DNA from: Octopus sinensis
Lineage: Eukaryota
DNA: 64,000 nt
NCBI RefSeq assembly: GCF_006345805.1
Contig: NC_043004.1
Span: forward strand, 29,698,001-29,762,000
Reading direction: 5' to 3'
Positions 41,194 through 55,012 of the stretch are shown here, piece after piece. How positions within the stretch are numbered: the stretch's first letter is position 1; each line of letters opens with the position of its first letter. The position numbers were made by a program, and so were the translations under genes. The notes under the pieces are model-generated. The model was not told where the DNA came from and searched no databases. It saw only the letters and a list, made by a program, of their open reading frames with translations.

Positions 41194-41492
41194 CTGTAAA
41201 AGATAGTTTTAAATTATTAACACATTCCTTTTCCTTTACACTAAAGACAAATTTATTTGTAACGGTTTAAAATGAAACAAAAGAAAACCATTTCTAAATA
41301 AATAACATGTTCTAAAAGAAGCTAATAGTAAAAACAAGTTTTTCACCAGTGATTGTAATTTTCTATCAGAGAAATACATCTTTATGTAATTTTCATTAAA
41401 TAATTTTAATTCTCATGCAAGCTTGTAATATTGAATTTCATGTTTTATTCAGAAAACATTACTCAAGTTTTTCCCTATCTCATCAACAAACA

Positions 41493-41750
41493 TGCGTGGC
41501 CTAATGGTTAGAGTGTTGCACTCATAATCTTACAATTGTGGTTTTAATTCCGAGACCAGGTGGTGCATTGTGTTCATAAGCAAAAACTTCATGTTGCTCC
41601 TATCCACTCAGCTATGAGTTCCAGCAATAGCTAGGAAATTAGCCCTGCAATGGACTGGCATCTTGTTCAGGTGAAGGGGTCATGTATTCTCAGTTACTTA
41701 TACACTATGGAAACCAGGTTAAAGTCAGGCTTCATGAGTCCTAAGTGATC
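41493..41750 (+). mobile_element. tRNA-derived SINE
   Basis: gcgtggcctaatggttagagtg...ggttttaattcc...gttgctcctatccactcagct. Confidence 0.75.
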
Positions 41751-42448
41751 AGATTAAGGAGACAGTAATGCTGTAAACATTATCTGGCAAGCAACATTGC
41801 ACCTTTATAAATGCATTTTTATTTTCATCAGTCTCATTACACTATGCAACAAAATTTTCATTTTTTCGTTTTTGTCTTTGGTCAGCAAGTGTTATTTCCT
41901 ATCTGCTTCTACCGAGAAATCAAAGGAAATGACTACTATTCCCTTCAAACTTTGCTTTTGTAACCTGGACATTAATATTTTGAAACTGACCTGTTTTCCA
42001 TTACATTTCAGACAGATTCAGAGCTGAGTTGCTGAAGCCGAAATATTGTTATAGCAAATATTCTGCTCAATACCACAGATTTGCTTGTCAGTTGCTTGAC
42101 CATATCACTTAATGACTGATAATATTGCATCAATGAACATGAGCAGCAGCAGAGGAGGAGAATCATAGCTATGTATTCAGAAGGATCTTTTGAGGTTTGA
42201 ATAAATGTAACAAAAGAAAGTTTAAAGGAATATTGGACATTTTTCTTACTTTCTAGGGGTAAGCAAATAGGAAATAGCAGTTGCTACCCAAGGGCAAAAA
42301 TCGTGTTACACAGTGTTATAATTTTGAAATACTTACATTTTCTTTTTAGTTTTAGAGAAAATTTTTGCTGTACTATAACAGTAGTGTTCATCAAACTTAT
42401 AAATTTAGAAATTTCATTGCAAAAGATAAGTAAAACATTTTTATTTAC

Positions 42449-42625
42449 CTTCTGTCTCAGGCGTGTATACAAGTAAATTCCACCTATAACACCAGCAGAA
42501 AGAACCAATAAAGAGAAGAAAAGCAAACTGAGATTCACACATGTCTTCGATCTCTTTGGAATGAATGTCACATGGATTGCTTTAGCAGACTTTGAAGAGT
42601 CAGCATCTTTATCTTTGTCGCCAGT
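42449..42625 (-). CDS. ITM2: ITM2-family gene, exon 2 (transmembrane helix)
   Basis: ctcctcag|TGDKDKDADSSKSAKAIHVTFIPKRSKTCVNLSLLFFSLLVLSAGVIGGIYLYTRLRQK|gtaaat; GG.YLY motif at the end of the TM helix; 177 nt. Confidence 0.95.
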
Positions 42626-43294
42626 CTGAGGAGTGGAGAAGCAAAATATTTTTAGAAAATAAATAACTCTTCTTCAGACAATGAACATTCAACAACTCGA
42701 TATAACAATATCAAAAATTAAATAAATAGAATTGCTTGTTAAAATAACAAAAACAAAATGAATAATGTAACAAAAATGTGTTGCTTAGACACAAAGCATT
42801 TCCCTTTTTCTAGAAAAGGCTTAGAGCCTGTTGATATGCACTGAGTGGTTCAATTAGAAACTTAACAAAAAAAAAAAAAACCCCATACAGAATGGAGTTA
42901 GTTTTAATGCTTGTAATTCAAGAAAATCTTCAGCCTCAAGTTCAGTACACTTATTTCTTACCAGTTTATTTCTTTTCCAAGGAAGGATACATCTACAATA
43001 TGGAGACATTTCTGCAGAACAGTTTTTAATGTCTGCAATATCCCTGGATACAGGATATTGTATCTTTTCTTAAATGATCACATTTTTATGAGATGCTTCC
43101 TCATTCATCCTTGACAATTGTCTTTCACTCTATTTTCACTCCTGCATTTGAACTTGCAGTTGTGTATGCTTGTCAAGAGCAGAGCTCATTAACCACCAAC
43201 GGAACTGCAAATGCAAAACATAATTTAGTCCTAGAGCGCATAAGGTTTCTGAAGGTCAGCAATGGTCTTCCTCGATCACGAGTGGGAAGCCATC

Positions 43295-43406
43295 ATGTAT
43301 ATGTATATATACACATATACATACATATGTATTTATATACATATGTATTCACATATACATACATACACATACATACATATATATACATACACACATACAT
43401 ACATAC

Positions 43407-43449
<43 letters not shown>

Positions 43450-43505
43450 ATATATTTATATACATACATATATATATACATACACATACATACATACATA
43501 CATAC

Positions 43506-43552
<47 letters not shown>

Positions 43553-44040
43553 TACATATGTATTTATATACATACATATATATATACACACATACATATG
43601 TATTTATATACATACATATATATATACATACATACATATGTATTTATATACATACATATATATATACATACATACATATGTATTTATATACATACATATA
43701 TATATACATACATACATATGTATTTATATACATACATATATATATACATACATACATATGTATTTATATACATACATATGTATTTATATACATACATATA
43801 TATATACATACATACATATGTATTTATATACATACATATATATATACATACATATATATATACATACATATGTATTTATATACATACATATATATATATA
43901 CATATGTATTTATATACATACATATATATATATACATATGTATTTATATACATACATATATATATATACATACATACATACATAGACATATATGTATAGA
44001 AAAATATATGTGTGTGTGTACATGTATATATACATATATA
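43295..44040. repeat. (TA)/(TACA) compound microsatellite with ~40-bp higher-order unit
   Basis: tatttatatacatacatatatatatacatacatacatatg repeated in tandem. Confidence 0.95.
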
Positions 44041-44135
44041 AGGAATAATTGAGAGTCAGTTGAATTAGGTACTGAAGTTGAAGCACCAAGTCAGTCTGAA
44101 TAAAATCAAAATAAACAACAGGATATCAAGAAGCG

Positions 44136-44223
44136 ATGCAGTACGACCGTTTCAAGCGTCTCCATTTAATTGAACAATGCAATCATTACATCAATTTAAA
44201 TGCAGAGCTATCATCAGCTGCAC
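44136..44223 (-). ncRNA. Type I hammerhead ribozyme motif in ITM2 intron 1, sense orientation
   Basis: Stem I GUGCAG (44223-18)/CUGCAU (44141-36), 6 bp; CUGAUGA 44217-11; 57-nt stem II (AGC/GCU, CAUUUAA..UUGA/UCAAUUAAAUG); GAAA 44153-50; stem III A-CGGUCG-U; GUA triplet. Lies in a ~200-bp element (44041-44242) between (TA)n tracts. Confidence 0.85.
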
Positions 44224-44263
44224 AAATAGAATTTTAATTTTTATACACACATAAATACATATA

Positions 44264-44310
<47 letters not shown>

Positions 44311-44349
44311 GCCTATACATATATATACACACACACACACACATATAAT

Positions 44350-46251
44350 GTTGTACCATTGTAATTTACTGAATCCACAACTTTGGGAAAACCACAAAGA
44401 CAGCCTATCTGATGACATACTTCATGAAGCTTGACGGTTGCATGGGCCAAGTGTCTCTTACTCGGATGTTATATACACCAAAGCATTATGGCCTTTAGAA
44501 GACATAATTCCATTGGAGGCAAATGTGCATGTGACTGTGGCATTCCAACACCTTCAGCTGAACATCACAGCCTTTCAAGAGAAGTCATTCGAGAAAGAGC
44601 ATATGACTTGCATGCCCTGAAAAGGCAACTTGATGAAATTGAACCATTATTGCAAGCCGAGCAAAGATCTGTTTACAATGAAATAGTAATGTCTACCTTG
44701 CAAGAAGGACGTCGTCATTGATGCACGAAGAGGAATAGGGAAAACGTTTCTACTTGACCTACTTCTGGTAAATCATCAGGGATAGCAGCAACTTTGTTAA
44801 CAGGTGGATGAACAGCTCACTCAACGTTCAAATTACCTTTCAATTTGACATCAACAGATGCCCAAATGTGGAATATTTCATAACGATCACCAATGGCAGA
44901 AGTTCTGCTCCAAACGACACTTGCCTGGGATGAATGCACGATGGCACACCATGGTGCACTAGAAAGGTCACTAAGGCATATTAGAAAGAATACTGCTATT
45001 ATGGGGGGCTTAACTGTTGTCCTTGCAGGGGATTTCCGTCAAATATTACCAGTCATACCATGGCGTATGCAAGCTGATGAGATCTATGTGTGTCTGAAGT
45101 TTACATCTCTTGTCAGCTTTCATTAAGCAAGAATATGCGAGCTCATCTCTACAATGATCCCTTAGCTGAGGAATTCTCTCAACTTCTACAAATTGGAAAT
45201 GGCACCTTACTGTTGAATAACACCCTGCAGCAGCATGTACTGCAATGTGGGTACATGGTTTCTACATTGGCTGAGCTTAAAGAAAAGGTATTTCCCACAT
45301 TGCAAGACAACTTCAAAAACATAGCATGGTTCACAGAGAGAGCTAATTTAGTACCTCGGAATGAAAGCATTGATAAAGTAAACCAAGAACTCCTCCACAT
45401 TCTTCCTGGAGATACTTCGACGTTTGTCTCCACTGATACTACCATCAACAAACATGCCGCTGTTGACTTTCTCAACTCTCTACAGCCCACATGACTGCTA
45501 TCATGCTCTTGAGAAATTTGGACCCACCACGACTATGCAATGGTACAAGATTGATTATAACTACGATGACAAGTCATGTCCTAGAAGCAACCATTATTGC
45601 CAGCTGCCATCAAAGAGATCACATAGATTCCACGTATACCCCTTATTCCCTCAAATGTGCCATTTCAATTCAAGTGCCTCCAGTTTCCTGTGTGATTGTG
45701 CTTCACTATGACACTCAACAAAGCCCAGGGTCAAACTCTAAAAATTGTGGGTCTCAATTTACAACTACCCTGCTTTTCTCTTGAGTTAGCGGTGCAGATG
45801 ACTTGCATGTTTATTCTACCAGCAAGGGACTTACACAAAGCATAGTTTACCCAGAAGCATTATCGGCTTCACTTAACATATGTTGAAGCGTGCAGTCTGC
45901 CCAAACATTACAGAGACGGTGCTTTTCACAATGAAACAGCTTTTTCTCCATGTACCTTACTTTTTGCAATATAGATACCTTTACGTTCTCTTTCATCATC
46001 CAGTCCTTTACATCCTTAAGTCTAGGTTATTTTGGGGGCATTTTTAGGATTTCATTCTTAATCTAAGCTGCCATTCTACATGTTTTTGGTGACAACAATT
46101 CCAGCATTATTCATCACAAAATGATCAAAAAACATATTTATAAAAAAGAGTTGTTTGCTTCATGCTCCTCATGTAATGATTCTACCCATAAGAAAGAAAC
46201 AAATAATACAATGTGGCTGAACACCCAGGCAACGCCGGGATGCATTGCTAT
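44350..46251 (+). mobile_element. Helitron remnant (PIF1-type helicase, frameshifted)
   Basis: GIGKTFL (Walker A), WDECTMAH, GGLTVVLAGDFRQILPV, MLLRNLDPPRLCNGTRL, NKAQGQTL. 3' hairpin cccaggcaacgccggg followed by CTAT (degenerate CTAG). Confidence 0.92.
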
Positions 46252-46255
46252 TGCG

Positions 46256-46299
<44 letters not shown>

Positions 46300-46302
<3 letters not shown>

Positions 46303-47000
46303 CTGGCCTCCGTGCTGTGGGCACGTAACAAACACCATCCATCTGGCACCTGTGTCGGAGACACATAAAAACATCATCTGAAGACCCGGCAAGACTAGTC
46401 AGGCCATAACCCGTGGCCCCTACCTGGGACGTTGTCAGTTCACCTGTGCATACCTTCCTTCCTTCTTGTGACACTTGTGAAGACCTGTTGAGGCAAGTGA
46501 AAATCAAATCAAATCAAATCAAAATAGATGAACATCAATGGAATTTGTATCTTTGCGGTACCAGTGCCGGTGGCACACAAGAAAACCATCCGAACGTGGC
46601 CGTAGCCAGTACCGCATCGACTGGCCTCCGTGCTGTGGGCACATAAGAAACACCATCCGATCGTGGCCGTTCGTCAGCCTCGTCTGGCACCTGTGTCGGT
46701 GGCACATAAAAACACCATCCGAGCATGGCCGTTCGCCAGCCTCGTCTGGCACCTGTGTCGGTGGCACATAAAAACACCATCCGAGCGTGGCCGTTCGCCA
46801 GCCTCGTCTGGCACCTGTGTCGGTGGCACATAAAATCACCCACTACACTCTCGGAGTGGTTGGCGTTAGGAAGGGCATCCAGCTGTAGAAACACTGCCAG
46901 ATCTGACTGGCCTGGTGCAGCCTTCGGGCTCCCCAGACCCCAGTTGAACCGTCCAACCCATGCTAGCATGGAAAGCGGACGTTAGATGATGATGATGATG
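46300..47000 (+). mobile_element. (GAT)n-tailed repeat with ~59-bp internal tandem units and a nested fragment
   Basis: Tandem ggtggcacataaaaacaccatccgagcgtggccgttcgccagcctcgtctggcacctgtgtc units, then the standard tail. Confidence 0.88.
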
Positions 47001-47789
47001 ATATATAAGTGCAGGTGTGACTGTGTGGTCAAGAAGTTCACCTGCCAACTGCATGGCTTCATGTTCAGTCCTGAGTGGTCTGGTAGATAGAAGCTGAAAG
47101 AAACCTATTGTATGCATATGTGTACATGTATAGGAGTGTGTGCATGCAAGTGCTTCCCCATCCTGACACTGCATGGCAGCAATAAATGAATGCCATTGTC
47201 ACTCATATCCAACACTTCATGAAAATGCCTCTGGCCATAGAGAAATAACAGTTAAGGGCTGGTGACAGAAAGGGCAATCTAGATGTAGAAAATCTTCCTC
47301 AACAAATTCCATATAACTCGTGCAAGCACAGAAAAGTGAACGAGATGATGATGATGATGATAGTGAAATGTAGGTTAAAGAGCATATAACTTTTGATAAT
47401 GTACTTTCTCTCATGAAGCTAGCCTAAACAATAGTTAATTCTTTTCTATGCAATTAATTATAGATAAAGCTTTTAATGTTTTTAATGTATATGATTAATT
47501 TTATGAGCCATAAAAATATGTTTCTGTTCAGTTGCCTCTCCAGTATTACCATGTCCATCATGAAAAGCTAAAATAGATTTAAATTAGCTGACATCATAGT
47601 TAAGAAGTTTGCTTCAGAATTTCACAATTCCAGATTTAGTCCTACTGTATGGCACCTTGGGAGTCTTCTATTACAGCCTTGGCTGACTAAAGCCTCGATA
47701 GTGAATATGGTAGGTGGTAAGTGTAGGAAGCCTGTTGTCTGTATGTATGTGTAAGCATGTGCGTGTAGCCTCTTTCCTTAGCATACACT

Positions 47790-48140
47790 GATCTACAGAA
47801 GACCTAGACAATTTCTAGTCAAGTGGTTACTTAGAAAACTAGAAGATGAACAATGGTTGGTGAGAGCAGTGCAAATCATGTATAATGATATAGTCAGTAA
47901 AGTGAGTGTTGGAAACGAGTTCAGCAAGAAATTTGGAGTGCAAGTAGGTGTCTACCAGGCTCAGCTATCAAACCCTCTCATCATCCATTTAGGGCCATAA
48001 CAGTGAACTTTAAGACCAGCTGCTCATGGGAGCCACTGTATATGTTGATGACTTAGTTTTTAGAGCAAAGATTATTGAAAATTTAAAGAAAGAAAAAAAA
48101 AAATCCAGAAGTGGAATCAAAATCTAGAATCATGAAGTCT
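47790..48140 (+). mobile_element. RTE LINE reverse transcriptase fragment
   Basis: LRKLEDEQWLVRAVQIMYND...QVGVYQ...LYVDDLV; homologous to 17880-18160. Confidence 0.75.
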
Positions 48141-49314
48141 CAAGTTCTGCTCTGACTAATCTCCTGAGACTATTTTTCCTTTCCATTATCTACTTCCATC
48201 TTATTTTTACTTCAAATACCATTTTATCCACCTATGTATAATGTGGGCTAGCACATCTCCCACTGTCCACTCACTCTCTAACCTCTGAATGCAAGTTTTC
48301 ACTTTCCCTCCCATTAGACCTTTATACTATATCTACTCTCTCTCAACAATAAATCTATGTAACTTTATTAAGACCACAAGCAGATTGACCCATCCCAGTA
48401 TTCAACCCACCCCATTATCAAAACCAATACCACTTTATCATTCTCCGTATTTGCTTCAAGCAGTGACAATACAGTGCTCGAGAAGGCTCTTTAATCTCAC
48501 AGACAGCAAGACATCTTTTGTGTCAGTCCACACACACACACAAAGCACCCAGTACATTCTGTAAAGTAGTTGGTGTTAGGAAGGGCATCCAGCCATAAAA
48601 ACATTCCACAAATGGGACATTGGAGCAAATCTTATTGAACCATCCTGTCTATTCCAGCATGAAAAGCAGATGGAAAATAATAACAACACATACATACAAA
48701 TGATTGTGTATGCTAAATTTCAAATCTCTTGTCAATAGTCTTGTGACCTACCATCATCATTATTGCCTCATTAATTCACACTTTATACCTATATACAGCC
48801 ACCTATCTACATTTCTCCAATGATAGGTTCTCAACAACATCAGATACAAATTGTTATTGGTTTCCGTGAACACTAGGTGTCTCCATTAGCTGAATTCTTA
48901 ACTCAATTAACTAAATATACATCTACCTATTTAACTGTTAAATATCATGCAGCTGGCACCCATATTAATTTCATTTTGTAGCATACTCTTACTCTACTGT
49001 AATAAATATCTATATATGTTTACTTAGCAATTCAACTGCTAGTACTTTACATGATTGTGAGGCCATAGTTTTGCTAAAAAGCTTCAACAAGTAAAACATT
49101 CTCAAAGTGATCTTCTGTATCATTGTTTTACTAATTATTTTAATAGTGTGGCTTTCTGATATTCTAAGCATTAAATATACTTTTATTTACTTACCAGATA
49201 TCATATTAATATGATTCAGTTTACAATCAGGTTTGAGTTTTCAGCCAGAAAATTTTAATGTTAATTGTATACAATTTACTACTAAATACTGTGTTCAGTT
49301 TACAGAATTTATGC

Positions 49315-50260
49315 ATTGGGTTGGCCAAAAAATCCATTTAGTATTTGCCAACACTAATCTTCAAGCACTCAAATCAGTCTGTCCCTTGTGTATGTGCATT
49401 TGTTAGATACTTGACACTTCAAACTAGTATTTTATATTTGAGATCACACTGGAAATGGAGGACTAAAATGAATATTATCGACACCTCATGCTTTTTTTAA
49501 TCTAAAGAAGGCAGGAAAGCAGTGGAAACCTACAGGAAGATAAGCACTGTGTATGGTGAACATGGGTGCCAGAAGTGGTTTTCAAAATTTTGATGAAGGA
49601 GTTTAGTTAATATGAGCCTATTTTATGACCAGAATGAATGCAGATATTCCCCAAACATCAAAATTGAATGTCGAAAACCATCTACATTAACATGGTTACA
49701 TCAGCAGAGTTGATGTTTGGGTCCCACATCAGCTGAATGCGGCTGACTCTACCCAATGGATTTCCATCTGTGAGTTGTGGCAGAAACATGGAGAAAACAA
49801 TCCCTTTCTTTGAAGAGAATGGTAACAGAGGACAAACAAAAAAAAAAAAAAAAAAGGCCTTCTTAATCAATGTGAAACAAACAATCATGGGAGAAGTGTG
49901 GTGAACTATCTCACACAATCACCAATGCAGGACTTCACCTAAAGAAGGTTGTGCTTTCAATTTGATAGGACTGGACAAACTGCTAAGAGTGATCCACCAG
50001 AAGCATCCAGCACTTGGTAATCAATAGCATTGTCTTTCATCATTTTTGGCAGACATAGCAGAAGTTACTGGGGCTTAGGTGAGAAGTTTTGCTGCAACCT
50101 CTATAAATGCCCAACCTTGTGCAATTGAAAACTCATTGAATGGACAGACCTTCAACTCTGAATAGGATGTAAAATTCACCCAGTGAAGCTTTTCACCAGT
50201 AAAGACAAGAAATTCTTTGAGCAGGGATAATAGTTACCAGGGTAGCAAAAATTCCCACAA
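49315..50260 (+). mobile_element. Mariner transposon remnant
   Basis: TIR-like attgggttggccaaaaaatcc; decayed frames YRHLML..GRKAVETYRKISTVYG, WVPHQL, GLHLKKVVLS. Confidence 0.75.
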
Positions 50261-50332
50261 GTTCCAAGGATGTTACAGCCCACTTATAAAGGTAGAAATT
50301 CCAGAGTTAAGTGAAATGTTTTTGTATAACAT

Positions 50333-50820
50333 AGATAAATTAAGAAATGGAGTTAAACACAGGTGTTATTCAAATCTTTATACTTCAGACATACGTTTTG
50401 AAGAAAACATTGATATTATTCCAGAGAGAATAAAACGATGTAAAACAATGCAATCATCTCATAAGGGCAAAAGAAACAAAAAAAAAAAACACATCAATAA
50501 GCCATTTTAACTGAATGTGATTACTGTGTATAATGACGAAGGGGAATGCTGGCAAGTTATTTTTTAAAAAACCAATAGATCTATTAACGGTTTTTTAAAA
50601 AAATAACTTGCCAGCATTCCCCCTTCATCATATATGCAATAATCACATTCAGTTAAAAATGGCTTAGTGATATGTTTTGTTTCTTTTTTTCCTTGAGTTG
50701 ATTGCATTGCTTTACATCATTTAGTTCCCTCCGGAATAATATCAATGTTTTCTTCAAAACAAATGTCGGAAGTAGAGGTTTGAATAACACCTGCATTTAA
50801 CTCCATTTCTTAATTTATCT
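50333..50820. mobile_element. About 490-bp fold-back palindrome
   Basis: Arms of about 240 bp (agataaattaagaaatggagttaaa... / ...tttaactccatttcttaatttatct) meet at aatagatctatt near 50575-50585; followed by (TA)n(GA)n. Confidence 0.9.
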
Positions 50821-50841
50821 CTATATACATATACACACACA

Positions 50842-50930
<89 letters not shown>

Positions 50931-50984
50931 TAGAGAGAGGGAGAGGTCTAAAGTTGACAATATTTTGTTTCTCTTTTTCAGAAA

Positions 50985-52070
50985 CAGCTACATGTAATGG
51001 TGAACATTCAATGGCATTAGAGAGCATAAGATTGAAGTTGTAGTTGAGAGGTTAGCAGATATGGAGGAATGGAAGCCATCTCAATATTGGAAAAGAGTTA
51101 CCTGTATCATGATTCACACTAGGTGTCAAAATGCTGACATCATGACTGTTGCTCAATGCTCTGTGAACACTGCAAGATGTGACATGGGCAGCTGCAATAG
51201 AGACTATGAAGCCATGACCAGCAGGAAGGGACACAGTGGGCATTCTGTGCCCACATGGACATGGTGACGGAAGATCAGGGTAAGGGAATTCAGGCTTTGG
51301 TAAGAGAGATGGGTGCTGAAGTTGCAGCTGACCCTAAGTGAGAACCTTTGCTACCACATGTACAAAAGCTGCAAGGAAGATAATGAGAACTGCTTGATGA
51401 AGGTAAAGAAGCTCCTGAACTGAGGCATGTTGTTGAGCTGAGGATGATCTGGTTCTTCTCAGATGAAAAAAACTTCTGCCAGGACCAGTTGCACAACCAG
51501 AACAACAGGTAGCTTCCATGTGATGTCTCATGTATTATGAAAACCAAGTTCTCCCAAATTGTAACAACCTTGGGGTGTGTCACCAGTGACATCATGTCAT
51601 TCCACATCTTAGAACAGGGCCTTAAACTCAATTTGGACAGCTATGTGAAGCTGCTGGAAGGCCATATGTTTAGCAACAGGATTTGGCTCCTTGTCATACC
51701 TCTGGAAAGAGTTAGAAGTGGTTGTCAGAGAATTTCTATGACTTCATCAGCCCCAATTTCTGGCCTCCTAATTCTTCCAACTGTAATCCAGTGGATTATT
51801 ACGTATGGGGCACAACTGAGACTGACACCAGCTATACAGCCTGCAACACCAAGGCCAAGATCAAGGTGGTGTTGAAAGATCTTTCCAGGGACAGTGAGGA
51901 ACAGATATGCCAGGTTCCATAGCCATTTTAAGGCTGTGGTGGAAGCTGAGGTTGTCTACTTTGAGTAAACTGTCATCTCCTAGCCACAACCTTGTTGGAA
52001 TTGTTTGATTTTTAAAAAAATACTTCTTTTCCATTTATGAAGCCTATCAAATTTAGCCTGAATACTTTGT
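50985..52070 (+). mobile_element. Tc1-like (DDE) transposon remnant
   Basis: FFSDEKNF, QQDLAPCH, NFWPPNSSNCNPVDYYVWG motifs in broken frames. Confidence 0.85.
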
Positions 52071-53242
52071 ACAGTTACAAATATTTATATACAAATTAAA
52101 TTCCCCCACATTTTCTTTCCATGTAAATTTTATCTCTTGTTCCTTAGGTTTTAGCATTAACTTAGGAAAGTAAGAAAGCTTTGCAAGATTTGTGTAGTTC
52201 ACCAAAATATAGAACTGTACATGTACTTTTTAATATTCAGATGTTTATATATTCTTCAGGGTTGAAAGTTCAAATTTTCTTAACTTCATCACATGGCTGG
52301 CTTACAAAGTCAGCGCAAACAGGATACATACATATATTCAACAGATAAATGATAAATTAATTAAATCATATAGTAAGGGCTCAGATGTTGGTTACTGTGG
52401 GAAAATTAATAATTAGAACAGAGGAGAAATATTGCCAAGATCCAAAACGCCATAGGATGTGCTAATATTGAACTGAGGCTTGAAAGTAAACTAATTAAGC
52501 GGGCACATGTATGGTTGTGTCTGCTTTGTAACCACATGGGTCCAGATTCAATCTCACTGCATAGAATCTTAGGCTGATCAATGCTTAGTGAAGTTAGCAG
52601 AAGGAAAGATTGCACACACACATGTATACAAATACCCAAAAGTAACTTGTCTTAGTTGTTTTATTGCTCTGTCTACTTGTGTATATTTTCCAACAAAATA
52701 CCTTGTGGTATTTATTATACCTGTGCTACAGAGACATTTCCTGACAGATCTTACTGAGAAGTACAGTGAAGCAAGGGTAAGCCCATTAGAAACCTATAAC
52801 AAATGATTCATTCATTCACAAAATCCATAAATACATTAACTTCCTACCTAATACTAATTTATATCATATATTTAAATATGCTTGTAACATATTTTACACT
52901 TTTTACCATACAAAAGAATTTTTACTCCATGGTAGATTAAATGAATTTGCCTTTAGAAGTTAAAATATGTTACAAACGTATTTTAACTAACCTGAAGTTT
53001 GTTTATTCTTCATCACTGCTTGGTGCTGATAACACTATATAAATAAATGTCTAGGATTATGGATTATGTGAACAGTATTCATAACTTTAGTTTGGATGTA
53101 GCTTAGCCCTTTTGATACCAACCTGCCATAGACTCCCTGTATTAATGTGATCTAAATTTAAACTTCCCATCAATATTTCACATTAATTTATGTTCCAAAC
53201 ACTAGCTTAATAATGGTGTTATTTTATTAAATTCTTCATTAT

Positions 53243-53520
53243 CATCATCATTTAACGTCTGTTTTCCATGCTGGCATGGGTTGGACAGTTTGACTGAGGT
53301 CTGGAGAACCAGCAGCTGCACCAGGCTCCAATCTGATCTGGATGCCCTTCCTAACGCGAACCACTCCGAGTGTGTAGTGGGTGCTTTTTATATGCCACTG
53401 GTACAGGAGCCAGTCAGTCGGGCCTGGCATTGATCATATTCGGATAGTGCTTTTAATGTGCCACTGGCATGGGGACCAATCAGGGGGTACTGGCATCAAC
53501 CACGTTCAGATGGTGCTGAG
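53243..53520 (-). mobile_element. (GAT)n-tailed SINE-like repeat
   Basis: catcatcatttaacgtctgttttccatgctggcatgggttggac...gatgcccttcctaacgc. Confidence 0.85.
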
Positions 53521-54829
53521 GTTTTTTTTTACTTGAAGCTAGAGTAGAATGTAATATTGATCAATTTACAAGTGTCATTTCCTTCTACATTATCCCTTTC
53601 TTTATTTTTTTTTAAATTATGAAACTAATAAAAGTAAAATCACATCCTTTATAACTTCCAGAATAACATTTTAAGTGATCAAATCTGTTGATCTCTATTT
53701 TTAAATTTCTCAGATCACAAGAAACCACTCTCTTAACTAGCAGACCATTTTTGTCTTAATTGCTGTACGTCTGTTCTAAATACTGCCAATAATGATGATT
53801 GTCCTTGGAAATCTAAATTTAAACTTAATAGAAGAAATTGCTTTTCACAGGGAGCATTTTTCATTCTCAAGAGACTATTAGTATGATATTTAGCATATAA
53901 ATTTCAGCCACATATTTTCATAAATTTCAATAACCTTATTCATATATTTCTTAATATTTATGTTATTTTTTAAAAGTAAATTGATTAAATTTTGTATTTT
54001 TTCTTTTAAATATAAATCTAATGTACAAAGAAGACCTAAATCCTGGAATGTATATATTTGCTATGTATGGAATTTCTGTGTCTTATATATATTACAGGAA
54101 TGTCAGTGGAGTCATTAACAATAATTAAATCATGTTTCAGATGGTTTATAAAATTAACTCTATTGTAAAGAAAAAAAGTATTTCTTATAATATTTAAGAG
54201 CAGCACAACACATTAATGTTTCATATGTCAGGTTTTTGTAAATTCACTTGACATTCAAGATAAAATGTTGTTTTTAAATAGGTACAAGGTTCTTTTAGTA
54301 AAAGATGTGTTTGTTTATTATATAACTAGATATAGCACCTGACTTGATGAAAAGTCAGGCCATTACCATTTATAATAAGTTTGTTTGTTAAAAAAAAGAG
54401 ACAGACAAAACAAAGCAAAAAAGTATGCAGATCCTTTATGTTCAACAGTTACAGTCAACTGAATGGCCATGACACTGAAGTAAAAGCCACTTTAAATAAA
54501 CTCAGTCACATACAAGAATCTCATATCACCTGGAAACAAATTGGGTTTCAATCCTTTTGTTATCTGAGAACTCTATCACCATTTGTTATATTTATTCCTG
54601 TATCAGTTGTCAAGTCACAATCTTTATTAATAGTCTGGAATGTCATTATAAACTTCAGATCCAAAGTTTTTATTTTGTTCACTATCAGTATCTATGTCAG
54701 TGTTTATTTTATCTGCATAAGCTAAACCTATCTTGTCCACCCTTTAGTATTACAGCTGTATCATATTCTGCTGTTCGAGAAGATCCTGCCCACAACAGAA
54801 TTGGGATCCTAAAACTAAGGTGACACATA

Positions 54830-55012
54830 AAAAATACTGACACTGGTGTCTCGAAAAAAAGCACCCAGTCCACACTTCAGGAAGGGCATCCAGCCATAAA
54901 AACCAAATCAAAATAGATGATGGAACCTGGTGCAGCCCCTGGCCTTGCCAGTTCCTGTTAAGCTGTCCAACCCATGCCAGCATTAAAAATGGACGTTTGA
55001 TGATGATGATGG
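54830..55012 (+). mobile_element. (GAT)n-tailed SINE-like repeat
   Basis: ggaagggcatccagcc...ccaacccatgccagcattaaaaatggacgtttgatgatg. Confidence 0.8.

Noticed and set aside
46560-46835. Regularly spaced repeats resembling a CRISPR array (also 121-1165 and 3535-3870)
   Set aside because: Head-to-tail tandem units without unique spacers, no cas genes, eukaryotic context.
52992-53034. 43-nt candidate cassette exon (tatatag|...cag|gttagt) and a signal-peptide-like frame MSGANKPAFLYFVCILLSV near 59652-59710
   Set aside because: Every junction tried with the ITM2 exons shifts frame or meets stop codons; likely chance splice-like motifs.
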